A DNA stretch of 64,000 nt from Moniliella sp. 'wahieum' (GCA_003971905.1 RSEE01000014.1:248001-312000), one strand, 5' to 3'; positions 25,131 to 42,601 are shown, counted from the stretch's first letter. A program made the numbers and translations. Notes: generated by a model not told the origin, from the sequence alone.

Positions 25131-27130
25131 GATGTTGAAGGCGCTGATGGGGGGGCTGAGCGTAGTAAACGATGTGGGGGAGGAGAGTGCTTGCGAGGTG
25201 GGATGAGGTAGTCGGAGAGCCGGGAAGGGGCACGACTTATATACTTTTCTGACGCCGCGGTGCGGGTCGAACAGCGCCACCCAGAGCAGGAGGTGTGGAG
25301 ATGGAGACCCAAGAGGGTGGGCCGGACAGGGCTGAGCCTCAGCGCTGATCGACGATCATCCAACCTCATTCAGATCCTCGGTGTTCGCACTCACAAGCTG
25401 GTCGCGGAGCCCCGGCAACCAAGTGTTCGACGGAAGGGACGCAGAAGAACATTCCGATTAATAACGAGCAACTAGTACCGCGCGAGTAACTCAAGTAACG
25501 CGCAGGCGGTGCACCAGAGAAGTCCGGAGGGGCGCCAACTCGCGCCAACTATGTGGCAGGTGCGTTGCCCGGAGCCATCGGCGGTGGCGTGGGCACGCGG
25601 TCGACCCTGCGCGCGCCCACGGCCTCCATCGACCACATCATACATCATGCATCATCGACATCAATCATTAATCATCGCACACACCCTGAGCACGAGGACC
25701 GGACGGACGGGAGAGGCTCGCGAGCTAGTTAGCAGGCGGCGTGTGGCGTTCTGCGCGGGCTGTCGGTGGCTAGGAGCCGCGTGATCGCGTGATCGAGTGA
25801 TCCATCGGAACTCAGCGTACGAGACCCTCTCCATCGTCAATCATTAATCAGCGCGCTCAGCCCCCCATTTTCCGATTACTCCGTCCGGCGGCAGTCCATC
25901 TACACTAGTGATAGCTCTCTGCTCCACATTTCGCCGTAATAACGACCACCGGCATTTCCCCGTATGCTAATAGAGTAGTGCGGCTTGGGAGGACTCGCGA
26001 TCCAATGGATCAGCTACAAAGCATCACAGACTTCAGACGAGGCGTCGTGAAGGCAACGGGTAAGCCGCAAGTCTTTTCAAGTAACGTCTGAATAAGGGAA
26101 GGAGGAAGGAGAGAGAGGAGGGAGATGGGGCGAGCAGGGGGCGCATAGCCTGGGAGCGGAACTCTTTCGCCCGGTTAGGCGAGCGTCGCCGATCAATTGA
26201 GGGCCGTGCAGGGGAACCCTACTACCCTCCAACACCATAGCCTCAAAGCGCGTACAGTAAAACAACCGTGAAAAGTTATTCTACTCCGGCACGGACGGTG
26301 TGGTGTGGGTGGCGTTAAACGTTAATTCCACTAAGTAACGGAAGCTACACTATAGTGGAGAACCACCGGGGGGGGCTGCCAGGCTCGTCCGCCCTACTCT
26401 GAATGCCCCCCCGTTCTCGAATTTCACTAATAGCGTTTGGGGGCATAATTCACTTCACTGTGGTCCAGATGTGGGGCCTCTTCTCGGCCAAAGTATGATT
26501 GACGTCCCGTGGCAGTATACCCAAATTGTTATTACTGCTTCTTCCTGACCACCACAAGAACACCGTCCCACACTGGGTGGCTTGACCACTTTTATTCCCA
26601 ACACAACTTCTCCTGGTATTGAAGGTACCCTTCTGGAAAACTTAATTGGCGCCGGAACTCCATCCACCCCACACTCTAACACACCCTCTTGAACGTTGAA
26701 CGTTGAACATCCACCAATCCTCCCCCCCTTCTCCCCAAAGCACAGCCATTGACGCTGATGTTCATCTGTGATCCCCGGAAGAACTCTCTCTATGTGAATA
26801 TTGATCGATCATCGATTATCGTTCATACGACATATCTTCAACAAAAGTTCACCTGTCCCTCGCGCAAAGAGGGCCACAGAGAGTGGACAAATGCAGAGAG
26901 AGGACTGTTGAAGAAACTTCGAACCCCCATACCTGAATCTGAAACCCTTTTCACCCAAAGGTCTATCCACCATATATAATGCGGTCCTGGAAATGAAATG
27001 GAGATGGATTGGACCGTCACGCGTCATTTGGCTCTGGCCTCAATGGCGTGAAGGACGAAAATCAAAGGGGAAAAAAGGTGGTGATCCTAGACATGGCAAG
27101 GAAGAAAGCAGGGGAGTTTGGACAAGAAAG

Positions 27131-27534
27131 TTACTGCAATCCAGCATCTTTGAAGGCTTGGTCCTCGGCTGACGCTTGGCCTTCTCCTTGTCGACAAGTC
27201 GAGGCCCTTGGTCTCGACCACGCGGGTGAGGCCAGCCGACACGAGACCAGCTAGGATCTGCTTAGCCTGGGCGTGGTCGGTAGGCTCGCCGTTTTTGGCC
27301 TTGTGTTCGTTGTAGGCCTTGAGCGCCTCGTAGCCAACGGCACCACCAAGCACCTGGTGCCTACGGGGCAGTGAAGTGGAGGTAACACGGGTCAGGGGAT
27401 TCAAGTAAAGACTCGTTACGATACTATGGTGCCCCGAGAGGTATCGGGGAAAAGATGGGAGACGCACGAAAGCTTGGACTTGTGGGCCTCGGAGCCGTCG
27501 TACTCCTGGACATGTTGTAGTTGTCCAGACTCAT
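27131..27534 (-). CDS. CipC-like (DUF3759) small protein, one intron
   Basis: HKSKL/intron/HQVLGGAVGYEALKAYNEHKAKNGEPTDHAQAKQILAGL...VETKGLD. Confidence 0.85.
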
Positions 27535-30080
27535 ATGGTATCGAGGGAGGAAGTAGAGGTGGCGGGAGGTTGTCAGTAGAAGGGGGGTGGAAAGTAGGCG
27601 CAGAGGGATTTTGTTGGTGGGGAAAGAGAAAAGGGGGAATACGGCAGAGAGAGGCAGTATATATATGTTCTGTGATGCATGTGAGTACTATACTGTAGTA
27701 CTACTATTAGTATATAGCGCATCATCTATGGTTCCATGGAGCCTATACTCATAGAGCCTATACTGGTGGAGAGCCAGTATAGGCCACAGGCCTCATCCAG
27801 AATAAAGAAAACGCACAGACCCCTCGAGTGGGTGCGGCCATATCCTTGGGACCCTAATCGCTCCGGAGGTCCTATGAGATCCGTCTACCACACAGCAAAA
27901 GAAGCTTATCACTGCAAAACGCCGAGAGTTTTGGTATACAGTTTCATTGCCAGGGGCACAGATCGTCTCCTGACTCCAGTGTTCTGGCTATTACCGGTTA
28001 CCGGTTACCCCCTACGACCCGGTGGAGAGGGCACACTCACAGCATGCTCACAGAGAAGAGGATATACACTCACAAGATGCCCGACGACCCCACCTATTAT
28101 ATACTAGCACTGTGTGTGTCCCCGCCACACACACGCAATGAGGTGTGGGTGGAGAACACACCACAACTCGTATAGTACGTAGACATATTCGCCTTTGAAC
28201 CGGTGATCAGATCGATTAGAGTTGGTGTTGGCCCCTGCCCTAGCTGCTCCACGCGTGTCTTCTCTCATTCTCTCTCCAGGGACAACTATGAACGGAGGGT
28301 GGGGTGTCCCCGCAACAGCTGGTACGGCGCCTGTGTCATACCGCGATGTTTGCATGTGTTGGTTTGAAAACGTCCTGTTGGACTGTCCCCGTGCGGGGTC
28401 TGCTGCGCCACACTTGGCATGGCGCAGATACACACCCTACTTGGGGCGCAACTGGTGGACTTCCATATGTATTGTCTACAGCCATCCCCCGCTCAATGGA
28501 TCCACACCTTTATACCCTCAATCGCGTGGGGTGTATAGGTGTTGTGAGCCAGTTGCTTGTATATAGCTTTGCTGTGTCACAGTACACGCGGCTGTGTCTT
28601 TACGGCACTTTTTGGGGCGGGTAAAAGCGCACCACTTTGGGTTCCGAAGACGTGTTCTCGGATGCGGCCATTGTTGTCCTTTTGTTGTAGCGGCAGCAGG
28701 GATGAATGATGAGCGCTGAGCCATCGGGTGGCGCGTGCTTTAGCCAATGTCTCTTCAGTTCCTCCTCAGGTCTGGGAGTTCTGTTTTCTCTCTCCTGTTT
28801 TCCTTGTTCCGCAGCTTATAGCCCCTGGTGACGACTCGCTACTTTTGATGTTCCTCTGTAGGCGTTGCTTTTTGGCTTAGACCACACCACCACCAGTGCG
28901 ATTGCATCACCCTCGATGACCATCCGGACTCCAGGCCTCATCATGCGCTCTTTCGGACACCGCCAAAATTGTCATCAGAAGGTTGGACGGTAAGGTGCTC
29001 TGGAAGTTTATTACGTTTCTCCACAATGAAGGCCGCCAGACCTCCATGGGTACGGGAGACATTCCAGGTTTCCTCCACCTTGAAGCGCCGACGCAACGCA
29101 CTTGGGCAAAAACAGGGCTTTGAGGCGCGGAAAGCGGCCAGAGGTTTTGTGGCCCTCGAAAGACATTCCTGCGGCTCGTCCAGATAGGGGGCGGTGGTGT
29201 CCTTTTTGCCCAAGGTGCCAGAGGGGCAGCGCTGAGCCATCCTCGGCGTCGACGGGCAAAAGGATATTCATCTCTGCACACCAAGAAGTCCATACCATTA
29301 CAATCATTATTTTCGCGTGTACTGACAAATTGCCAGGATCAGTGCGATGACTGACATTGCCACACTCGTCAATGGCGCAGGTGGGTGTGGCCACCAGAAG
29401 AAGTTTTCTTCAAGGCAACAGGGGTGACAGTCGAGGGGCTTCATATCCGTTGCGGGTTAAGAGTGTACACCTCCTGTCACTCCAGTGTGGTTTGAGAATT
29501 ATGAGATGCTGCAAGTAGAACGATTGTTTGGAGGCTGCTATAGTATGGCCGTGAGAGAGCTAGGATGCGCACGATGGCCAGAGAAGGCTGCCAGAGTATA
29601 AATACTAAAGAGGTTAGATACGAGACGGAGGGGGGAGCAGCATGAGAGAGAAGGCATGATACAAAAAGTATTGCAGTTATCACCTTCTGTTGCTGCCAAA
29701 GCGCATTTCCATCTCTACACCTTCCCTCCACGTGGTTCTGGCAAACCAGCATGGCCAGCCATACAGACCAATCTGAACACGGGCAGTGTGCATCTCCACA
29801 CATGCAAAATGCGTCGAAAATTGAAGGTCCTCGCCCTGTGCTCGATGTCCATTTGGGCGTGGAAGAGTAAGATAATCCCAAGATCAAATTTCAAAGTTAC
29901 AATCCGAGCTTGGAATGAAATCTGGAACACGTGTCTCTGTTCCTGAATTCCAATCTCGACTAGACCATGTGGAGTTCTGAGAGGCATGGTTTGCTTGCTG
30001 CCTTGGGTCTCTGCTCTTCCCTTGCTCCCTCCCTTCCTCCACCATTTCCTTCTATCGGCATCTGCCAAGCCCATCCTGAC

Positions 30081-32226
30081 ATGTCCTCTTCCACCAACAC
30101 CCCTGGGAAGATCGAAGAGAAGGCCGATGGACCTGCCGCTGCATCCTCGGCCAGCACGGCCCAAGATACTTGATCCCCACCGCGCTCCTCCGACCCTCGT
30201 CGCGCAAGCGAATCGTGATCGTTGGCGCCGGACTGGGTGGCGTTTGTTTTGGCGGCGCGCCTGGCCGCGCTAGACAAGTATGATGTTTTGGTTCTGGAGA
30301 AGAACTCCAGCCCGGGTGTCGTCTGTCGTCCTACTCCAAAGGGGCTTTCGCTTCGAGAGTTGGTGGCTCTGGCGCCCTAGTTTTGCCCCCAAGTGATCGA
30401 GGCGGCGTTTCGGGACCTGGGTGTTCGAGCCTGCGGATGTGCTCGACTGATCCCTTCAGGTCATCACGTGCATTCTGGTTTGGTGATGGTACCCGCTTTG
30501 CGTTGACGGACGACAAGGAAAAGCTTCGCGCCACGTTGGAATCGTTGGAGGGGAAAGAGGCAACGACCGTGCCTGGGCCCAGTACCAAGCCTTTCTCAAG
30601 GAAGGAAAAAGCAATTATGATTCGGTCACTGGCCTGGCCGACTTTGAGGACTGTTTCGCCCATGACGGCTGCCACGCCTCGTTTTTGGCCAGTGTTACCT
30701 GCGCATCGCTTCCTTCGCTCCTTCTCCACGTTCTACAGGCCGGGTGGCGTACGTATCCTCGTACCTGTGGCTCATACGAAAACTGACTTGCGCTTCTATC
30801 GACAGATCCTATTTCAAAAGCAAGTATGTGCGGCAAGCCTTGGCGACCATGTCGCTGTTTGATCTCGGACAATCCCCCTATTCGGCCCTGGGGACCTACA
30901 CATGTCCCCTATGGGGAGATGACCATGCGTGCTGTATCCGAGCGGGGGGGACGCAAGCGTGTGATTGATGCATTTGTCAAGCTAGCCATCGAAAAGGGTC
31001 CAAATTCCAGTACGATGCCAATGTCAGTGAGATTGTGCCCAACTTCAAGTTCCCCGGGCGCATGGTGGGCGTCAAATTGGCAACTGACGAGTTTGTGCCG
31101 GCGGATGCGATTGTGTCCAACGCGGACGCAGTATGGAGCTACGTTTCGTGAGTGGATCCCCGTCGATCTGAGTTGTCTGCACGTGGGTGCTAACCTGTTT
31201 TGTTTGTATTTTTTCGTTTCTAGGCTCCTCCCCAAGTCGCAAGCTACGGTGGGTATGCTGGATATGGTCATGGGTCCGTCTTCCATTACGTTTTTCTGGG
31301 GGTTGAGCAGCCCTCTTCCAGAGTTGACTGAAGCCCATACCGTTTTCCTCCCAGTCCCGAGCTGAAGGAGGCGTGGGACCATGTCCTGCGGGCGTTACCG
31401 ATGGCAATGGGGTGGATGGCCGCATGCCCCTATTTGTGGTGGACAAGCTACTGCGTTGGATCCCTCGGCTGCGCCCGAGGGTAAGGAGGCACTTGTCATT
31501 ACTATTCCCTGTGGCACGCTCCCGTCGGCCGGAAAGAAGGGGGTGGCCAATACGGGTAAGCACCTAGTTGAGATTCTCACGCTTCTTCGCGGGCTGGTCC
31601 TCAAGCGCCTGGAGGCCGAGCTGGGTCGACCGGACCTGGCGAACCTACTTGAGGTGGAGGATGTGCATTCGCCTGCCACATGGAGGACACGGTACAATGC
31701 GTGGCTGGGCAACACGCAAGGGTTGTTGCCCAACTGGTTTCAGTCGCTCTACTTTCGTACCCCCACTCAACACGATCACTACCGTAATGTGTTCTTCACC
31801 GGTGCCTCGGTCCAGCCGGGCAACATTCCTCCCGCCGTCGTTGCTGGTACGCGGCCGCTGTCGCACAAGATTGATTTGTTCCTCCAAGGCAGTGATGCGT
31901 CGTGGTACAAGGAGTACCTGACTATCCTGGTGCTCCTCACTTTGCTGGGCTTTGTCATTGCCTTTATTCTCAACTTGTTTCCTGACGAGGTGGATTACGA
32001 GGGCTTGGCCAAGGCAATTGCGTCGGACGAAGCCAAGTCCACATCCAAGTCATTGTCAAAGGCATCTGCCAGTGCATCCAAGCTTGCCTCTCGTGCTTCC
32101 GTTAGCGCCTCCAAGGCCGCCTCCCGTGCCTCGGTCAGTTCATCCAAAGCCGCTTATCGCGTCTCGATCAGTGCTGCCAAAGCTGCCTCTCGTGCCTTGG
32201 CCAGCGCTACCAAGGCGGCCAGCTAG
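30081..32226 (+). CDS. Phytoene desaturase (CrtI/Al-1)-like FAD oxidoreductase with C-terminal TM and repeat tail
   Basis: RIVIVGAGLGG...VLEKNSSPG; ADAIVSNAD; PSSITFFWGL; DPSAAPEGKEA; SPATW..RYN..LG...GL...FQ.LYFR.PTQHDHYRNVFFTGAS. Confidence 0.82.
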
Positions 32227-32580
32227 GTCGCAATCCTAACCAACTGCGCGGACGCAATGCAGCGCCGTGCGGTAACCAGCTATGTTATGTGCACGAGTTG
32301 AATTTAGACCGCCGATCCCAGACTCCATATAGTGGTTGCGCATGTAGTGAGATAGGATTTGATGTCAACAGAAAACCAATACGGGACTGGGAATATGCTG
32401 CATGCAACGGGGGAGGCGAGACCCGTGCGCGACGCGAGCCGAGTGGCCAGGTTCAGAGAAGAGCCAGCATTTTGTGAGAGAAGGCAAGATGAGGAGCAGG
32501 AGAGGGGAGGATACAGAAACCACTGCAAGACGATGGATGGATTAGGGGTATGAAGAACAAGGGGGGGAGGTCCGAGCGCC

Positions 32581-33760
32581 TTAGTCGTCAAACGTCATCT
32601 TCTTGCCCTCGCCGGGGGCTGCCGCGCCCGACCGGCGGGCCCAGCCATTGTCGCCGGAACGTCCGCCGCCACGGCCACCAAACCCACCACGTCCACCGCC
32701 ACGTCCACCACCACGTCCACCGCCACGGCCTCCGAACCCGCCACGGCCAGCACCACGGCCCCGACCGCCAAACCCGCCGCGACCGCCGCCGCCGTTGCCG
32801 CCGTCACGGTCACGGGGTGGGGCGTAGTCCAAGCGGATAGTGCGGCCCTTGATGTCAGCGCCGTTGAGCGCCGAGAGCGCTGCGGTGGCCTCGTCGACCG
32901 AACCAAACTCAACGTAAGCGAACCCCTTGGGCTTGCCAGTGTTCATGTCGGTAGGCAGGCGAATGCTAGAAACCGAGCCGTGCTCAGCAAACGCGTCCCG
33001 CAGGTCGCCCTCCTCGGCGGACCAGGACAGACCGCCGACAAAGAGGGTGGCAGAAGGGTCGGAGGCCGGCGGCGGTTGCCACGCTGCTCGCGAGGCTGGT
33101 TGGGGTCACGCGGAGCACGCTGGGTGGCAAAGTCGACGCGGATGGCACGGCCATCCACTTCGTGGCCCTGCATTGTCTCGACTGCCTTCTTGGCATCGGC
33201 CCGACTCGAATTCGACATAGCCAAAGCCACGAGAGCGGTGCGAGTCGCGGTCGGTCTGCACCCGGGCCGACTTGACAGTGCCCACGTCGGCAAAGATGCG
33301 AGCGAGCCAGTCGTCATCGATGTTCCACGACAGCTGACCGACAAAGATGTTAGCCGGCTCAGCCTCAGCCTCGGCCTCGGCCGAAGGGTTGGTAGCTGGC
33401 GAGTCGTCCTCGTTCACCTTGACCGCCTTGGAGCTGTTCTCCTCCTCAGCCTCGTCCTCAGCCTTGCGCTTCTTGGACTCGGGCTGGGAAGCAGACGCGT
33501 CCGACTCGGGGGTCTCGGCGTCGGAGGAGGCGTCCGAGGTGGTCTCGGCAGGGGAAGCAACCTTGGTCTCCTCCTCCGAGCGTCAGAAGCCTCCTTCTCC
33601 TCCGACTTGCTCTTCTTGCTCTTTTTGCTGGCCTTGGCTTCCTTGCTGGCGACCTTGTCCGCCTTCTTGTCCGCCTTCTTCTCGGCCTTCTTGGCAGCCT
33701 TCTTCAGGGCCTTGTCGTCCTGGACCTTGGTCTCGGTGCGGTAACGTCCTTCTTGCCCAT
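32581..33760 (-). CDS. NSR1: Nucleolin-like Nsr1/Gar2 (acidic/Lys N-term, two RRMs, GAR tail)
   Basis: IFVGQLSWNIDDDWL, SRGFGYVEF, TGKPKGFAYVEFGSVDEA..IRLDYA, RGG repeats, GKKMTFDD*. Confidence 0.9.
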
Positions 33761-34460
33761 GGCGATAATGGAGATGAAAGGGGTATGGGGTGGGGGGGGG
33801 GGGTAAGAAGGGGAGGCAAAACGGGGACGAGGCCTGGTTTTAAACTGGACGCACTTGGATCCCAGCCCAGTTCGTCGGCGCGGCAGGAAAAAAATTAGAA
33901 TCGGTTCAATTGGCCACCGCCCGGACCAAAAGTGTCTACTTGAAACTTTCGCGTGACGTGCAGCACGTGGCGTGTGCTGCCACTGGCATGTCCGACATGT
34001 GACCTGTGAAATGTGACCTGGCTGTGGCCGGCGAATGTGACTGCGATTTTTTCAGCCAACGCTCAGTACCAGTCCAACACCGGCAGCTACAGAAAAACAG
34101 TAACGTGGTGCCCACGCTGTTGCAAGAACAGCTGAGAGGAGCGTGGAGAATGTATAGCAATACCGGGGGAGCGGCAGATAATACAAGTACGGAAGAGAGG
34201 AAGAGCCACAGTGGCAGGAAAGTCACTTGGGGGAGGATTTGATTGAATATTGAGGGGGGGGGAGAGACGGGAGGGGACGGGAGAGGAGAGTCATGGTTGA
34301 AACAGGCCCCGACAGAGTTGAGATCTGGGATTGGAGAGTACAGTTGAAGGTATGAAGGGTAAACGTGACATGGAGAGCTAGTGAGAGAGCAGGTGAGTGC
34401 ATGGCATGGGAGACCAGCAGGGGGAGGCCTCAAGACCGACACGGAGAGAGGAGACGCGCA

Positions 34461-37663
<3,203 letters not shown>

Positions 37664-38750
37664 CCTTGTTGCCCAGCAGCTGACGGTGGAGTGGTGGTGG
37701 TGGTGGTGGTGGCGAGGAAGACGAGGGGGGGATGCGTGCTCGGTTATCGGGATTGGGCTACCCAGCAACTTTTTTTCCATCGGATCGCCGGCTATTGCAG
37801 GCAAAACTGAGGCGGCAACCCCACACTGCCCCCGTGCGCTGCCCCGCTGGATCCGTATCTTCCGCATGTCCGTTTCGCCCGCATTCATATTCTGCACAAC
37901 CGGGCGGAGTGGAGCGTGGTGCCGACTGGCGCAGCATTGCCTGAGCTGGCGATGCCGGCGGCGCCCGACACTGCCAGCCGGCCCCCCAGTCCCCCCCACC
38001 AGCCACTGCCCCCCTTGGCCTGAATCAATCACACCCAACGTCACCACCTGGCCCCTGCGCCTGGCGCCCCAACAGCCCTCCAACGTCACGGCCCACCCGT
38101 TTGCACGGCGAGAAGTGGCGGTGGACTAGTTCGGTCCACGACGGTGTGGGCTCGTGGATGGCGTGCACGGAGTACTACTGGGGGCAAGGTCTGCATCGTT
38201 TGTCCCTAGTCGATCGATATCGATAAATGGATAAATCGGCCGCCGGGGGGCTGTCGGTTGTCTGTGCCGTCGTCCTGTCGGGACGAGCGGTGGACTGCCG
38301 ACGGACACAGACACGCCGTGTCCGCCATGGCATGCGTGCCCACTAGCCATTGCATTGCCGCCGGACGACCGCTGCGTTTCCCGCCTGCTCCCTGCGCTAC
38401 CTCCTCCCCACGCCACACGTGGGATTTCAGACACGCCCACTCGTGCCTTGTGGGGTCTGGGCGCTGACACGGCGACAAGCCGCCAGATGCGACGAGGAGG
38501 ATCGAACGATGAGATCGATGAGCGGTGATTGATTTGATTGCCAGCGGGACATGGTGGGTGATGCATGATGCATGATGGACACCTGGTTTGAAAGTTGACT
38601 CTCAGTTCAAGTTCAACTTTCGTAAACTCCGCGTCGCCCATTCGCAACAGACGGCGGAACAATGGCAGGAGTTGCACCGACAGGCCAAGTGATCGATGAT
38701 CGATGGAAGATGAAATGTGCAACTTGGCGTTCACTGAATCTGAACGTTCA

Positions 38751-41083
38751 ATGCGGCAACAGATGCCGTAATCTGCTCCACGCCGCCGTGTCCACCCCGC
38801 CACGGGTGCCGACGGTGGCGGAGAGCTTTGGGCGAAGCGCAATCGAGAGCGTCCAGCAGCACGCCTGGCTTGCGCCACCACCGCCCGTCGCTGTCCCCAT
38901 GTCCGATCGCCGCGCCCCCTCCCGACTGGCTTCCAAGCGGTCAGGCATGAGCGCTTCGGCGCAGTTTTATGTCCCCACCGTGCCCACCTTGCCTGATGCC
39001 GCGGCGCGCTTCCAGTTGTACGCGGGCGACCTGCCCGCCCGTGCTGGCGATGGCGCCGCGCTCTACTTCCAACCCCAGCCCGGCACACAGCCGGTCGGCG
39101 CAGATTGATCATATGGTTCAACGGAGGCCCCGGCTGCTCGTCCTTTGATGGTGTCATGATGGAAATTGGCGCGTGGCGAACCAAGTTGGACGCGACGCTG
39201 GAATGGGCTCCCGAGGGCGGCGCATGGAACGAGTATACGGACGTATTGTACTGTGCGTCTTTTCTTCTGAGATTCTATTTGCATGACCTGCTTCCGTCTT
39301 TCGCTTGGTTGCATGCTTGCTTGTTCATCCCATACGTTGGTACAAGAACTGACACTTACCTGATCCAGTGGACCAACCGGTCGGCACGGGCTTTTCGTAC
39401 GCCCCCACCAACGCCTACGTTAGCTCCTTGTCCCAAGCTGCGCAGGAGGTCAAGTACTTTCCTCGAACGCTTTGTAGAGATCTTTCCTGAGTACCGCAAG
39501 GGAAATGGCGTGGACACCTGGCTCGCAGGCGAATCGTTTGCCGGACAATAGTAGTCGGCGTGGATGTCCCTGCATTGGGTCGGAACGGCGGTACTAACCT
39601 ATGCGTTTGGTCTAGCATCCCCTACACGGCCAAGGCATTGACCGACCCCAGTCCTGTCCCTTCGCCCGTGGACCTGAAGGGCATCGCAATTGGCAATGGG
39701 TTTATTGACCCCAAATCGCAGTATGGCTCAGAGATTGAATTTTTGGTTAACCGCGGGATATGGAAGGCCGATGGAACCCAGCACAAAGCTGCCCTACAGC
39801 ACTTTGAAGCCTGCCAAAACGCCATGGAGCAAGCCAAGGGAAACCCACGGTCCATTGGGTATGTGAATCGCTTCTGGGCCAGCTGATCTTGCTGGACAAG
39901 AAACGGTACGTACCGATCTTTCTCTCTTTCCCTCCTCTTTCTCCCTTTCTCCCTTTCCATCTGTTCCCCTTGCGCCCTTCCCCCCTTGCGAGTGGACAGC
40001 AGGTGCCGCGGCAGACCCACTAACTTAGCCGCACCACCCAGGTTGGAGGACAAGGAACGCTGCATCAACATTTACGATGTCCGTCTGGACGATAGTTATC
40101 CTTCGTGTGGGATGAACTGGCCGCCTAATATCCAAGCGACGTACGAGTACCTCCACCGAGACGATGTACGCAAGGCGTTCCATGTGGATGGGCGGTACAA
40201 GCCCGAAGCCTGGGTGGAGTGCAACACGTGTGGGCAAGCGCTTTCAGCGTCGGACGATGATCCTGAAGAGCAAGCGTCCGTCACGCTTCTTCCTGGCCTA
40301 CTTGAACGGGGGGTACAAGTCCTGATCAATGCGGGGGACCAGGATTTGATCTGCAACCACGTGGGGCTGGAACGAATGTTAGATTCGCTCTCGTGGAATG
40401 GCCAGACGGGATTTTCGCACCCGTCCAAGACGGGTGGGGAGACGTGGTGGATCAACAACCAGCCCGTGGCAAATGGCAAAGCGAGCGTGGCCTGACGTAT
40501 GTCAAGGTGTTCAATGCGTCGCACATGGTACCGTTTGACCTGCCTATCGCGAGCCACGATATGATGCTTCGGTTTATGAATGCCAGTCTGCTCGATGCGG
40601 CTGGGCCGTCGGCCCAGATCCCGAGTCGGATCGGCTCGGGACCCAACCAGGCTTTGGTCTGGGCAGCCAGCCCGGACTCCTTACCGCCCGAGACGCCCAG
40701 CAGGCCATTGATGAGGCCAAATACGATGCGTATTAGTACGTACCCTCGAGGTCCTGCTTCAGCTCCCCACTCGGGTGGTTGGTGTGTTACTGATTTTGGT
40801 TTTTGGTTTTGGTTTTCTTCGTTTTCCTTTGCCCAGTCGCGCAGGCAGTGTTCGTTGGTGGTGATCATTGCTTGTCATGGTGGGTGTGTGTGTGCTTCTT
40901 CGACAGCGGCGCCACCACGTGAGCCGTAAGGCGCGTTGGCTTGCGGATCGGGAGCGTGCAGCACAAGAACCGGCGGCGCCGGGGATCGATGTGGAACTGG
41001 ACCGCCTGGTGGAGCATGTGGAGGAGTTTGATGCAGCGCCGGGCGAGTCGGACGACGAAGGAGCACAGCCTCGACGGGGGTAG
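38751..41083 (+). CDS. KEX1: Kex1-like serine carboxypeptidase (S10), start uncertain
   Basis: [77 protein letters not shown]-terminal TM and acidic tail. Confidence 0.9.
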
Positions 41084-41258
41084 GGAGACGAGAAAAACGT
41101 ACTTGAAAACTGTGGGCGCCCTTTGCCGTGGCCGTCGTGCAGGTTGTGCTTGCCACCTGTGCCCTCGTCTCGATTCAATATTCACTCCATCGCAAAATAT
41201 TGTGGTCCAATGCGACATGCGTGCAGTGCAAGTAGTATGGGCAGTAGGAACGGTAGAT

Positions 41259-41306
41259 ATGAAGATGAAGATGAAGATGAAGATGAAGATGAAGATGAAG
41301 ATGAAG
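41259..41306. repeat. (ATGAAG)8 microsatellite
   Basis: Direct reading. Confidence 0.95.
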
Positions 41307-42601
41307 AGGGCTGGGCCTCAGTGCTGAGGAATGGTGCATCTGTTGGAACAGAATATGTTGTGGCGTGGCCTCAGCCTGAGGAGACAACCCGGTGCCTTGA
41401 AGCTTGAAGCTGATTGAGATGGTTGATACATTGATGACTGATTCTGGCAGTCTGGTGGATTAAGGATTGCCATCGGGCGATACAAGCGTGTATTTCACCG
41501 AGCACCACCCCTTGTGCCTATGGAAAAGCATGATGCATGATGTATGATGGAAGCATTCCTCGTTAGTATCAGTGCAACGTGCATCAGTATACCATCAATG
41601 GTTGCGCCAGGAGAGCCCACGGCAACACGTGATATATGGTACAGCCCCCCTCCCCTTGCCAGTCAAACAAAACCGAAGCTGGATATTGAAGGCGGGTTGG
41701 ACCGATTAGATCTTAGATCTTCGAACCCTTCGCAACCAACAGGACCCTCGGCCTCAACACCCTGTTTAGGTTTGGTCGGAGAGGGAAATTGTCGGAAGCA
41801 CCGCGGGTTACGCGGGGAGAAGATTCATCTCATCTCCGTACCCTGTTACGGGCGTCCCTTTGCCACATTTCCCTGCCTTCCCAGTTCCTAGGTACTGGGC
41901 GAACTGTGTGGGCGCGCCAGGGTGCTAGCATCCCACTACGAATGCCCCAGCCCACCGCTCTTCGCATGGCGGTCGTTGCATGTTGAACTCAACACGATGC
42001 CAAGGCGGGGTTAGTTGGTGTATGATGCGTGCTTCAAGTTGAAGCATGAACTCTTCATGCGTGTGACGCAAACGGGGGCGATGGGTGAGCAAGCGTGGAT
42101 GGGGCCATGGGCTGGAGCTGTGGTGGGCATCGGGCCTGCCGCGAGGAAGGAACCCTGTCGCGTCTAGACAGTCAGCCAACGCTAGCGCACACTGGTGCTG
42201 TGCACGGGTCCCCAGCGCCAGCACGGGGGCGCATGGCTGGGCCCGCATCACGCATAGCCGTGGCTGCAGGGCACCAGTCTGCGGCGGGGCACGGGTGATG
42301 CCCCGTGCGCCCCGCCGCGGCCAGAGAGAGAGGATCGACAGGGCGGGTGCTTGCTGCTGGCTGGGGCTGCTGGGGTGACGCGTGACGCTACCGATCTGCC
42401 ATGCGGTGACTAGCTAGCGACTGGCATCGTCATCGAACCCGCGCTGGTCTGCGGCTAAACTGGCGTCGCCCCAAGTCAACCGCTCGTCCGGCCTCTGCCC
42501 TCCACCGCCGACACCCCACCCTACCCTACGCCGTGTATCCCCCACCCCCCCCACCCCCCACCCCACCCCCCACCCCCCACCCCTCCTCCCCGCCGCCCCG
42601 C

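Noticed and set aside
26325..26435. CACTA motifs suggesting another TIR
   Set aside because: No partner terminus found.
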